A DNA stretch of 64,000 nt from a virus, in the IMG/VR virus record IMGVR_UViG_3300042945_002173; one strand, 5' to 3'. Every line of letters begins with the position of its first letter. The first letter of the stretch is position 1. Positions 15,683 to 24,300 of this stretch are shown here, piece after piece. Made by a program: the position numbers and the translations under genes. Below the pieces are notes generated by a model. It was given only the letters and a program-made list of their open reading frames with translations. It did no database searches and was not told where the DNA came from.

Positions 15683-15754
15683 TCTGTTCGTGGGGGTGGG
15701 GTGCCACCCTGCCCCCGACCTGCTATACTGATTCCAGTTCACAAGCAACCGACC

Positions 15755-15925
15755 ATGACCATGACCCTCGAAACCGCCAACCGTATTTGGGAAGACTGCT
15801 ATCAGAGCACCGACCTCACCCTTTGGGGTAAGTACACTCTGACTCAGCGGATGCAGGCAATCGAAACCCGCGATGCCCACGCTAACGGCGGATGGGGTCG
15901 GTGGAACATCAGCGACCGCGACTGA
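15755..15925 (+). CDS. Last cassette protein (…WNISDRD)
   Basis: ATG after the leader. Confidence 0.75.
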   Translation: MTMTLETANRIWEDCYQSTDLTLWGKYTLTQRMQAIETRDAHANGGWGRWNISDRD

Positions 15926-16050
15926 CCCCTGCGGGGCGCCGCGCCCTTATGGGTGCGTTCGTGCAGACGCAGGTCCCCCGCCGGGTGCGGGGGGTCGGGC
16001 GCGGCGCGTGATGGGGTATAAGGGGGGGTTGTTATAAAACCCATAACTAC
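15926..16050. other. GC-rich multibranch hairpin at the array end and composition boundary
   Basis: GCGCCGCGCCC (15936-46) pairs with GGGCGCGGCGC (15997-16007) and encloses two hairpins. Confidence 0.6.
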
Positions 16051-16184
16051 CCTAACCTACAAAGTGTTACGGAAGCGCGATAAATCATAAAGGCATTTCA
16101 AATACTCTCAGAATCAAAAAATTCCGGAGATATAAACTACAATTATAAGGTTTGCTATATAATTCAAAAATAATAACTATCAGA

Positions 16185-16358
16185 ATGAGAAAAAAATCCG
16201 GAGAGGAAAAACGCCCCATAGAGGTTGATACAATCACAGGTGAGTATTCTATTAAACTACCAGAATGGATGATCAATGAACTTGGTTGGTATGAAGATAC
16301 TGAGATTCTTTTTAATCTTGATGGAAAGGACATTATTCTTTCAGAGGTAGATGAATGA
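16185..16358 (+). CDS. AbrB/MazE/SpoVT-like DNA-binding protein
   Basis: GEYSIKLPEWMINELGWYEDTEI pattern. Confidence 0.6.
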   Translation: MRKKSGEEKRPIEVDTITGEYSIKLPEWMINELGWYEDTEILFNLDGKDIILSEVDE

Positions 16359-16513
16359 AAAAATATGACATCTACGCTAAGGATCGATGTTTATTTCAGA
16401 ATGTTGATGAAAAAGAATTCGAAATAACTTGGAGTACTTTAAAGAATATGGTTGGTTTAATGAAGACAGATTACTCAGTAGAAGATCTATATTACCAGGA
16501 AGTCACCAATTGA
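16355..16513 (+). CDS. Hypothetical protein (MKKYDIYAKDRCLF...)
   Basis: Read manually; ATGA overlap; resembles ORF 17318. Confidence 0.65.
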   Translation: MKKYDIYAKDRCLFQNVDEKEFEITWSTLKNMVGLMKTDYSVEDLYYQEVTN

Positions 16514-16538
16514 CAACCGCTACATAATACTGTATGAT
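16510..16538 (+). promoter_or_regulatory. Sigma70-type promoter
   Basis: TTGACA-N17-TATGAT. Confidence 0.7.
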
Positions 16539-16560
16539 ATGATTGAAAATTAATCAAGTT

Positions 16561-17316
16561 ATGACAAAAGGATTTACTGTAAAGGCAAAAAGTCCAGTAG
16601 TCGCCAAAGAACCTGAATGGGACTACGATAAGGCAAGAGAAATGGTACGGGGAAAGACAATTGTATTCTGTCTTCCTGGTCGTGGTGTTTCTTATACATA
16701 TCTGAAAAACTTTGTTCAACTTTGTTTTGATCTAGTACAAGCAGGTGCAAGTATTCAGATCTCACAAGATTATAGTTCGATGGTGAACTTTGCACGTTGT
16801 AAGTGTCTAGGTGCAAATGTTCTTCGTGGTCCTGATCAGAAACCTTGGGACGGTAAACTGAAATACGACTGGCAACTGTGGATTGATAGTGATATCGTCT
16901 TTAACAGTGAAAAGTTCTGGCAACTGGTTCTGATGGATCAGGACATTGCTGCTGGTTGGTATTGTACAGAAGATGGTATGACAACCTCTGTTGCACATTG
17001 GTTGGATGAAGATGATTTCAGAGGCAATGGTGGTGTAATGAACCATGAAACTCTGGAAAGTATTCAGAAGCGACGGAAGCCATTTACTGTTGATTACACT
17101 GGATTTGGTTGGGTACTCATCAAGAACGGTGTCTTTGAACATGATGAGATGAAGTATCCTTGGTTTGCTCCGAAGATGCAAGTCTTTGAATCTGGTGAAG
17201 TACAAGACATGTGTGGAGAAGACGTATCCTTCTGTTTGGATGCAAAAGAAGCAGGATTTGAAATCTGGTGTGATCCTCGCATTCGCGTTGGTCACGAAAA
17301 GTCACGAATCATCTAA
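16561..17316 (+). CDS. Glycosyltransferase-like (GT-A fold) protein
   Basis: LWIDSDIVF (DxD), GFG..LIK..VFE, GEDVSFC, RVGH. Confidence 0.7.
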   Translation: MTKGFTVKAKSPVVAKEPEWDYDKAREMVRGKTIVFCLPGRGVSYTYLKNFVQLCFDLVQAGASIQISQDYSSMVNFARCKCLGANVLRGPDQKPWDGKLKYDWQLWIDSDIVFNSEKFWQLVLMDQDIAAGWYCTEDGMTTSVAHWLDEDDFRGNGGVMNHETLESIQKRRKPFTVDYTGFGWVLIKNGVFEHDEMKYPWFAPKMQVFESGEVQDMCGEDVSFCLDAKEAGFEIWCDPRIRVGHEKSRII

Positions 17317-17317
17317 G

Positions 17318-17482
17318 ATGGCACAAGAGCGGTATAATATTCTCTGTAAGGGGAGGAAGATATACCAAAACCTTACAGAGGAAGAATACTTCGATACTAT
17401 GGAGGATCTGTCTCAACAGTTCTATCAGACAGGTTCTCCAAATCCAAGCGAACTTGAAACTGAAATTTATTTGGAGAATTAA
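17318..17482 (+). CDS. Hypothetical protein (MAQERYNILCK...)
   Basis: ATG at 17318 inside the tracked ORF. Confidence 0.65.
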   Translation: MAQERYNILCKGRKIYQNLTEEEYFDTMEDLSQQFYQTGSPNPSELETEIYLEN

Positions 17483-17487
17483 TCAAA

Positions 17488-17640
17488 ATGGCAAAAGCAA
17501 GCGGTGGTCTCAACAAGCGCACTTCTTATATTCCAGGGCCTCCTAAGAAGTCTCGCCAAGGCGATGGGGGAGGAACTAAGTACGCAGCGTCTTCTCGCAA
17601 TGGGGCTCGTAAAAAGTATAGAGGACAAGGTAAAGGATAA
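17488..17640 (+). CDS. Small basic Gly/Lys-rich protein ending KKYRGQGKG
   Basis: Read manually; GGAG upstream. Confidence 0.65.
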   Translation: MAKASGGLNKRTSYIPGPPKKSRQGDGGGTKYAASSRNGARKKYRGQGKG

Positions 17641-17642
17641 TC

Positions 17643-18278
17643 ATGGCATATTTAAACCATAGTCTTCCGGATTGGTCTTGTTATATTCGTAACGAATTTC
17701 TTTTTAACCATAAAATGGGACATGGTGAAGTGACCAAATGTGATGTTCATTGTGTTGCAAGCATTGAGAAAAGAGTTCCTTTGTTTGAAGCATTTTTAGA
17801 AAATGGCGTGAATTGGACTCGTCGTCCTCTTCACGCTTTTTGCTGGAAACCAGATGCACCGATTGAACCTCTTGAAGATATTATGTATTGGGACTGCTTT
17901 TCTCCCTATATTGATGTTCAAAAACGTGCGCGACTTGCTGGATTACAGGCAGAATTAATTCGTCCTGATGGAAAAAAAGTCGTTGGAACTTATATGTTCA
18001 CTCTTGATTGGTCTTGGGAAAACAAAGGTGTTACAGATCTTAATTTTTCAGAGACACCTGAACATAAATGTGCCCATTTATTCAAAGTAGAAACTGGAAA
18101 TTACTACGCATATCCAAATAATCGCATTATTTGGTATGATAATGCTTGGACATTTAACAGAATTAATAAAAATCCTGGTTATGAAATCGATTTAACGGTT
18201 TATTCTGTTGAAAATAAAAGAAAAATTGAAACGTCCGATCACTATATGTACGAAATCACTGATTTGGAACAAAAATAA
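17643..18278 (+). CDS. Hypothetical phage protein
   Basis: 211-aa ORF in operon. Confidence 0.75.
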   Translation: MAYLNHSLPDWSCYIRNEFLFNHKMGHGEVTKCDVHCVASIEKRVPLFEAFLENGVNWTRRPLHAFCWKPDAPIEPLEDIMYWDCFSPYIDVQKRARLAGLQAELIRPDGKKVVGTYMFTLDWSWENKGVTDLNFSETPEHKCAHLFKVETGNYYAYPNNRIIWYDNAWTFNRINKNPGYEIDLTVYSVENKRKIETSDHYMYEITDLEQK

Positions 18279-18316
18279 ATAAATTTTTACAAAATCCTGA
18301 GTTGAAACAGCATTCA

Positions 18317-18643
18317 ATGGGTAAACACCTGCTCCTCGAGGTGTATGATGTTAATTTTGACCTAATCAATGACGTAGAATCTCTACAAAACGTCATGATT
18401 AGAGGCATTGAACGTGCTAAAATGACCGTTTTGAACGTCTTTTCGCACTGTTTTATACCACAAGGTTGTACAGTCGTGATTGCACTTGCCGAAAGTCATG
18501 TTTCTTGCCATACTTGGCCTGAAAATGGGTGTCTGGCAGTGGATGTATACACTTGTGGTGAAGGAAATCCTAAATTAATCGCCCTAGAAATACTCAAATA
18601 CCTCAATTCGGACTCTTATTCGTTACGTGAAGTCGATCGTTAA
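18317..18643 (+). CDS. speD: S-adenosylmethionine decarboxylase proenzyme
   Basis: MGKHLL, LAESHVSCHTWPE self-cleavage motif, DVYTCG. Confidence 0.92.
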   Translation: MGKHLLLEVYDVNFDLINDVESLQNVMIRGIERAKMTVLNVFSHCFIPQGCTVVIALAESHVSCHTWPENGCLAVDVYTCGEGNPKLIALEILKYLNSDSYSLREVDR

Positions 18644-18711
18644 ATAGACATAAGGAGATAGCAACCTCCTTTATAAAAGTTCTGTTTTATTCGTTTAAAA
18701 CAGGAGCTAAA

Positions 18712-18954
18712 ATGTCTAATTTACCAGTCGATAGGGATTCAAATTACATGTATGATATGTGGGGAACCACAAAATTAATCACTGATTATAGTTCAGAGCA
18801 ACCAAAAAGAGTGATTCAAGAGGTTATGCACGACTCTGCACCACGTCATGACCTTAAAAAACAAACTGAGTTGCATGAAAAAATTCGTAACGATGAAGAC
18901 TATGATGATTGGGAATATGGAACAGAACCAAACTATGGATCTTCCTGGCACTAG
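18712..18954 (+). CDS. Hypothetical protein
   Basis: ORF with AGGAG; two-hairpin leader. Confidence 0.7.
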   Translation: MSNLPVDRDSNYMYDMWGTTKLITDYSSEQPKRVIQEVMHDSAPRHDLKKQTELHEKIRNDEDYDDWEYGTEPNYGSSWH

Positions 18955-18955
18955 G

Positions 18956-18963
18956 TATAAATA
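18956..18963 (+). promoter_or_regulatory. T4-type late promoter
   Basis: TATAAATA upstream of gp25; also at 33710, 43324, 58969, 60105. Confidence 0.75.
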
Positions 18964-18985
18964 GTGCAAGAAAATCTACTTATCA

Positions 18986-19387
18986 ATGGCAGTCACACGA
19001 ATATCCAGGGGATTTAAGGATATTAGTTTTTCTTTTGAGCCACATCCTGTGACAAAAGATCTACCTGTCTTGATTAATGAGAGAGCGATTACTAGATCTG
19101 TTCGCAATTTAGTAGAAACAATCCCAACAGAAAGATTTTTTAATCCATTGTTGGGATCTGATATTCGCAGAAGTTTGTTTGAATTTGTTGATTATGGATC
19201 TGCTTCTGTAATTGAAGATCAGATTAAAACAACAATTAATAATTTTGAGGATAGAGTTAATAATGTTCAAGTTGAAGTTGAACCAAGACCAGATAATAAT
19301 GAATTTGAAGTCACTATTATATTTGATATTATTGGGCAAGATTTCCCAACACAACAATTTTCATTCTTACTAGAGGCAACAAGATAA
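18986..19387 (+). CDS. g25: Baseplate wedge subunit gp25
   Basis: DISFSF..HP, SVRNLVET...ERFF.P.LGS; synteny. Confidence 0.9.
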   Translation: MAVTRISRGFKDISFSFEPHPVTKDLPVLINERAITRSVRNLVETIPTERFFNPLLGSDIRRSLFEFVDYGSASVIEDQIKTTINNFEDRVNNVQVEVEPRPDNNEFEVTIIFDIIGQDFPTQQFSFLLEATR

Positions 19388-19388
19388 A

Positions 19389-21314
19389 ATGCCTTTTACA
19401 CAATTTACGAATCTAGATTTCGATCAGATTAAAACACAGATTAAAGATTACCTTCGTGCAAATTCAAATTTCACTGATTTTGATTTTGAAGGATCTAATT
19501 TTTCTGTTTTAATTGATACTCTCGCATATAATACTTATATTACAGCATTTAACTCTAATATGGTTGTTAATGAATCCTTCTTGGATTCTGCAACTGTAAG
19601 AGAAAATGTTGTTTCTTTGGCAAGGAACATTGGTTACGTACCACGCTCCAAAACCGCCTCTAAGGCGGCGATTACATTTGAGGTTCCTACCACTACCGCA
19701 AGTCCTTTTCTCACTCTTCAAGCGGGTCTGGTATGCGTAGGATCGTATGATAACACATCATATAGATTTTCAATTTCAGAAGATATTACAACGACTGTTA
19801 ATAATGGAATTGCTAGATTTGGGTCATCTTCGTCACCGGTTTATATCTATCAAGGAAATTTACTAACAAAACAATGGACAGTTGATAAATCACAAGATCA
19901 AAGATTTATTTTAGATAACCCAAATATTGATATTTCAAGGCTTGTGGTGTATGTAAAAGGAATTAATGACAGTGGGATTGGAAGAGAATATTATAAGGTA
20001 GATAATATTCTAAGGTTGAATAAAAATTCAGAAATATATCTAACTCAAGAAGTTCAAGATGAAAAGTATGAACTTCTTTTTGGTGATGGATATTTTGGTA
20101 AGCAGTTGGAAAATAATGCGGTAATTACAGCAAAGTATGTGGTAACTGATGGTGAAAGAGGTAATGGAGCATCTGCATTTGATTTCCAAGGAAATTTTGT
20201 GGATGCCTCCAATATTCGTGTAATTCCATCAGGACCAATTACTATTAATACAATTGAAAAATCATCAAATGGTGGAGAAATTGAGCCAGTAGCATCTATT
20301 AAATATTTTGCTCCAAGACTTTATTCTGCACAATATCGAGCAGTCACTTCTCGTGATTATGAGGCTATTGTTCAATCAATATATCCAAATGCAGAATCTG
20401 TTGCAGTTGTTGGTGGTGAAGAGTTGACTCCACCACAATATGGTAAGGTTCAAATTAGTATTAAACCAAAAAATGGTACATATGTTTCTGATTTTGATAA
20501 GCAAAATATTTTAAACAGGTTAAAGCAATATTCAATCGCTGGAATTAATCAACAAATAATCGATCTTAAAATTCTATATGTTGAGATTGATTCTTCAGTT
20601 TACTATAATACAAATCAAGTATCAAATGTAAATAGTCTAAAAACATCTATTATATCAGCATTAACCGAATACTCTAAAAATGTTGATATGAATAGATTTG
20701 GTGGTAGATTTAAATATAGTAAGGTCGTACAATTGATTGATAGAGTTGACAATGCAATTACTTCTAATATTACTAAGGTCAGAATTAGAAGGGATATGAA
20801 AGCCCTAGTAAATCAATTTGCTCAGTATGAGATATGTTTTGGGAATCGTTTTCATATCAATCCACAAGGATACAATATAAAAAGCACAGGATTTAAAGTT
20901 CAAGGATCGGATGATATTGTTTACTTCACCGATGTTCCAAGAAAAAGTGCTGATGGGCAGTTAGATGGTAGCAATAAAGGAGATTTAGCAGTTATTAGGC
21001 AAACTGAAAGGGGTAAAAATACAGTTGTTTTAAAATCTATTGGTACAGTAGATTATTTTAATGGAGAAATTATCGTTAATACGATTAATATCACCTCAAC
21101 AGTAGCAGATAATGAAATCATTGAAATTCAGGCATTCCCAGATTCCAATGATGTTGTTGGGTTAAAAGATTTATATTTGAGTTTTGATATTTCCAATAGT
21201 GAGATAAATATGATTAGAGACGTTATTGCTTCTGGAGAGGATATTTCCGGAGTTACTTTTACAAGAGACTACTATACTTCAAGTTATTCTAACGGAGACA
21301 TCGAGAGGAAATAA
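19389..21314 (+). CDS. g6: Baseplate wedge subunit gp6
   Basis: LDFDQIK, DFDFEGS, ESFLDSA, RAVT..DY. Confidence 0.92.
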   Translation: MPFTQFTNLDFDQIKTQIKDYLRANSNFTDFDFEGSNFSVLIDTLAYNTYITAFNSNMVVNESFLDSATVRENVVSLARNIGYVPRSKTASKAAITFEVPTTTASPFLTLQAGLVCVGSYDNTSYRFSISEDITTTVNNGIARFGSSSSPVYIYQGNLLTKQWTVDKSQDQRFILDNPNIDISRLVVYVKGINDSGIGREYYKVDNILRLNKNSEIYLTQEVQDEKYELLFGDGYFGKQLENNAVITAKYVVTDGERGNGASAFDFQGNFVDASNIRVIPSGPITINTIEKSSNGGEIEPVASIKYFAPRLYSAQYRAVTSRDYEAIVQSIYPNAESVAVVGGEELTPPQYGKVQISIKPKNGTYVSDFDKQNILNRLKQYSIAGINQQIIDLKILYVEIDSSVYYNTNQVSNVNSLKTSIISALTEYSKNVDMNRFGGRFKYSKVVQLIDRVDNAITSNITKVRIRRDMKALVNQFAQYEICFGNRFHINPQGYNIKSTGFKVQGSDDIVYFTDVPRKSADGQLDGSNKGDLAVIRQTERGKNTVVLKSIGTVDYFNGEIIVNTINITSTVADNEIIEIQAFPDSNDVVGLKDLYLSFDISNSEINMIRDVIASGEDISGVTFTRDYYTSSYSNGDIERK

Positions 21315-21317
21315 AAT

Positions 21318-24300
21318 ATGTCAGATTTTGAGAAGAGAGTACAAATCAATAAGATTATTGAGAGTCAACTTCCAGAATTTATAGTTTCGGATTTTCCAAA
21401 AGCAACTGAATTTTTCAAACAATACTACATTTCGCAAGAGTTCCAAGGTGGAACTGTAGATATTGCAGAAAACTTAGATCAGTATTTGAAGCTTGATAAT
21501 TTAGTTCCAGAAGTCGTTACTGGTCAAACATCATTAGTATATGATGTAACATCCTCTGCTGGAATTGTTACTGTTACCTCTACAAAAGGTTTTCCATCTG
21601 AATATGGTCTATTAAAAATAGACGATGAAATTATCACGTATACTGGTATTACAACAAATACTTTTACCGGATGTGTGCGTGGATTTAGCGGAATTACCAA
21701 TTATTCTAATGTTGGTATTTCTAGTTTTGATGATAATGTTAATAAACAAAGTTTAACATTCTCAAAAACTACAGCAGCAAGTCATAATAAAACTTCAATT
21801 GTAACTAATTTAAGCGTATTATTTTTACAAGAATTTTATAAAAAATTAAAATATACCTTTACACCTGGATTAGAAAATTATGATTTTGTTTCTGACCTTG
21901 ATGTTGGGAACTTTATTAAACACGCAAGAGATTTTTATCAGTCAAAAGGTATTGAAGAATCTGTAAAAATTCTCTTTAAGGTTTTATATGGTGTAGATGC
22001 GAATGTTTTAGATCTTGAAGCAAGATTAATTAAACCATCAGCAGCAGACTACATTAGAAGAGAAATTGTTGTAGCTAAAAATATTTCAGGTAATCCACTA
22101 AATTTAGAAGGACAAACTATATTTAAATCAACGGATACAACAACTAACGCATCAGTATCCGATGTTGAAATTTTTACAAAAAACAACGAAACCTATTATC
22201 AATTGGGTTTATTTGTTGGTTATAATGAAAGAGATTTGATTGAAGGAATTTTTACAATTCCAGGAAAAACAAAAGTATTAGAAAATGTTTCCGTTGGATC
22301 TTCTATTATTTCTGTTGATTCTACTATTGGATTTGGGCAAACTGGTACACTGATATCTGGAGATAATATTATTGATTATACTTCAAAAAGTATCAATCAA
22401 TTTTTTGGATGCACTGGAATTACTGATTCAATATCAATTGCATCTGATATCAGATCAAATGAAACTATTTTTGGATATGAAAATGGTGATACATCAAAAA
22501 GAGTTGATTTGCGTATAACCGGAGTTATTTCTGGATTTGAAGAATTAGGAAATGTATCACTTATTGATGAAGGTGAAGAAATAACAGTTAAAAATCTTGG
22601 AGAGATTATTGACAATCCTACATCTGGAGATAAGACTTATAAAGAAGTATTTGCAAATTCTTGGATTTATAATACAAGCACCAGATATCAAGTATCTAGT
22701 ATTTCTGGATCCACTTTCACTTTACTGAGTTTAATTGATAAATCTAGTTTAAGAGAAGGTGATACAGTTGATATTTTATATTCATACACAAATAATATTG
22801 CCTCTTCAAATGCAATTGTTACCAGTATTAACACTGCTCTAAATCAGATTATTCTGAGCAATATTTCTGGATTTACACCAGTTTCAACACAATCATATGA
22901 TATCAGAAGAAAGATAAAAAAAGCAACAAGTTTAAATGTTCCTCTTGTACTTGGCAATAATAACTATATTTCAAATACATTAAACGTTTATAATAATCTA
23001 GATAAAGAATCCTACGTAGCATCAAACTCTCTACCATCATATCAGATTAATGACGAGATCGTAGAATCTAGTATACCTAATGGTTCATCATCTTATCTTG
23101 ATGATTATGATAGTGTTTCTCAGGCATATTCTATTATTAGATTTCCATCAAATGTAAGATTTATTGATGGTGATGTTGTTGTATATACATCAAGTAATCC
23201 ACTTTCTGGTTTAATATCTGGATTTGAATATTATGTAAGATTAGTTGGGACTAATGGTATAAGATTATATGCATCAAAATCTCTTCTTAGTGGATCGGAA
23301 TATGTTAGATTCCAAGAAAAAACAACTTCTGGAACTCATGTTTTTACACTAAAAAGGCATGAGAATAGAAATATTTCAGCAAATAAAATTTTAAGAAAAT
23401 TTCCAATAGAAAAAATTACATCAAATAATGGAACATCTTTAAGAAGATCCATCAATAATGTAATAGGTGGAATTGGTCTCTTAATCGATGGTGTGGAAAT
23501 TTCTTGTCCAGAATCATTAGATAAGATTTATTATGGACCAATTAAAGAATTTAACGTATTAAATTCTGGTAAAGATTATGATGTTGTTAATCCACCAAGA
23601 ATTATAATTTCCTCTGGTTCAACGACTGGAACTGGAGTTACTGCTCTTGTTGATCCAATTATTAGTGGAATCGTAAAATCGGTTTATGTTGATCCACAGG
23701 ACTTTGATGTTGATACTGCTATTTCAATTACTTTAACTGGTGGCAATGGATCTGGTTGCATTTTAGAACCAATTATAGGAGAAAGATTTAGGGAAGTTGA
23801 ATTTGATAGTAGGGCACTTACAATTGGAGGTGGTGTAGATTTAACTGATGAAACCATCACATTCCAAACTTTTCATAATTTTGCCGATGGAGAAAGAATA
23901 ATTTATAATCAAAATGGAAATGATCCATTATTGATTGGAACTTTTGGTGATGTATCAAATACTCCAACTGGAGCATTGGTAAGTGGTGATGAGTATATTG
24001 CTAAATTTGTAAATACAAGGACAATTAAACTTTTTAATACAGAATCTGATTATTTGTCTGGAATTAATACAATTGGGTTTTCAACCTCTACTTCATTTTC
24101 TGGAATTCATAAGTTTAGAACATTATCTAAAAAAACAATTAGAAATATAAAGGTTTTAGAAGGTGGATCTGGATATCAATATAGAAAATTAAGAGTTAAA
24201 GCATCTGGAATTTCCACTGATTATAATACTATAACTTTTAAGAATCATGGTTTTAAAACTGGTGATGTTATTATCTACTCCTCAACTGGAACAGAAATTT

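Larger units (their letters stand above)
9772..15925 (+). repeat. Array of ~24 mini-gene cassettes, each behind a repeated promoter/leader unit
   Basis: -10/leader units at 9826, 10237, 10427, 10765, 11023, 11321, 11600, 11852, 12110, 12350, 12619, 12800, 13003, 13239, 13456, 13667, 13872, 14152, 14422, 14639, 14933, 15194, 15456, 15724. Confidence 0.9.

Noticed and set aside
10000-15880. Long alternative-frame and minus-strand ORFs in the GC-rich array (e.g. 10000-10413, 12965-13450, 15455-15880)
   Set aside because: They run through promoter repeats or terminators; true starts follow the leaders, and high GC inflates shadow ORFs.
9772-15925. CRISPR array or classical integron
   Set aside because: The spacers are whole ORFs of about 130-250 bp, the repeats are promoters, and there is no cas gene, integrase or attC R-box pattern in the window.
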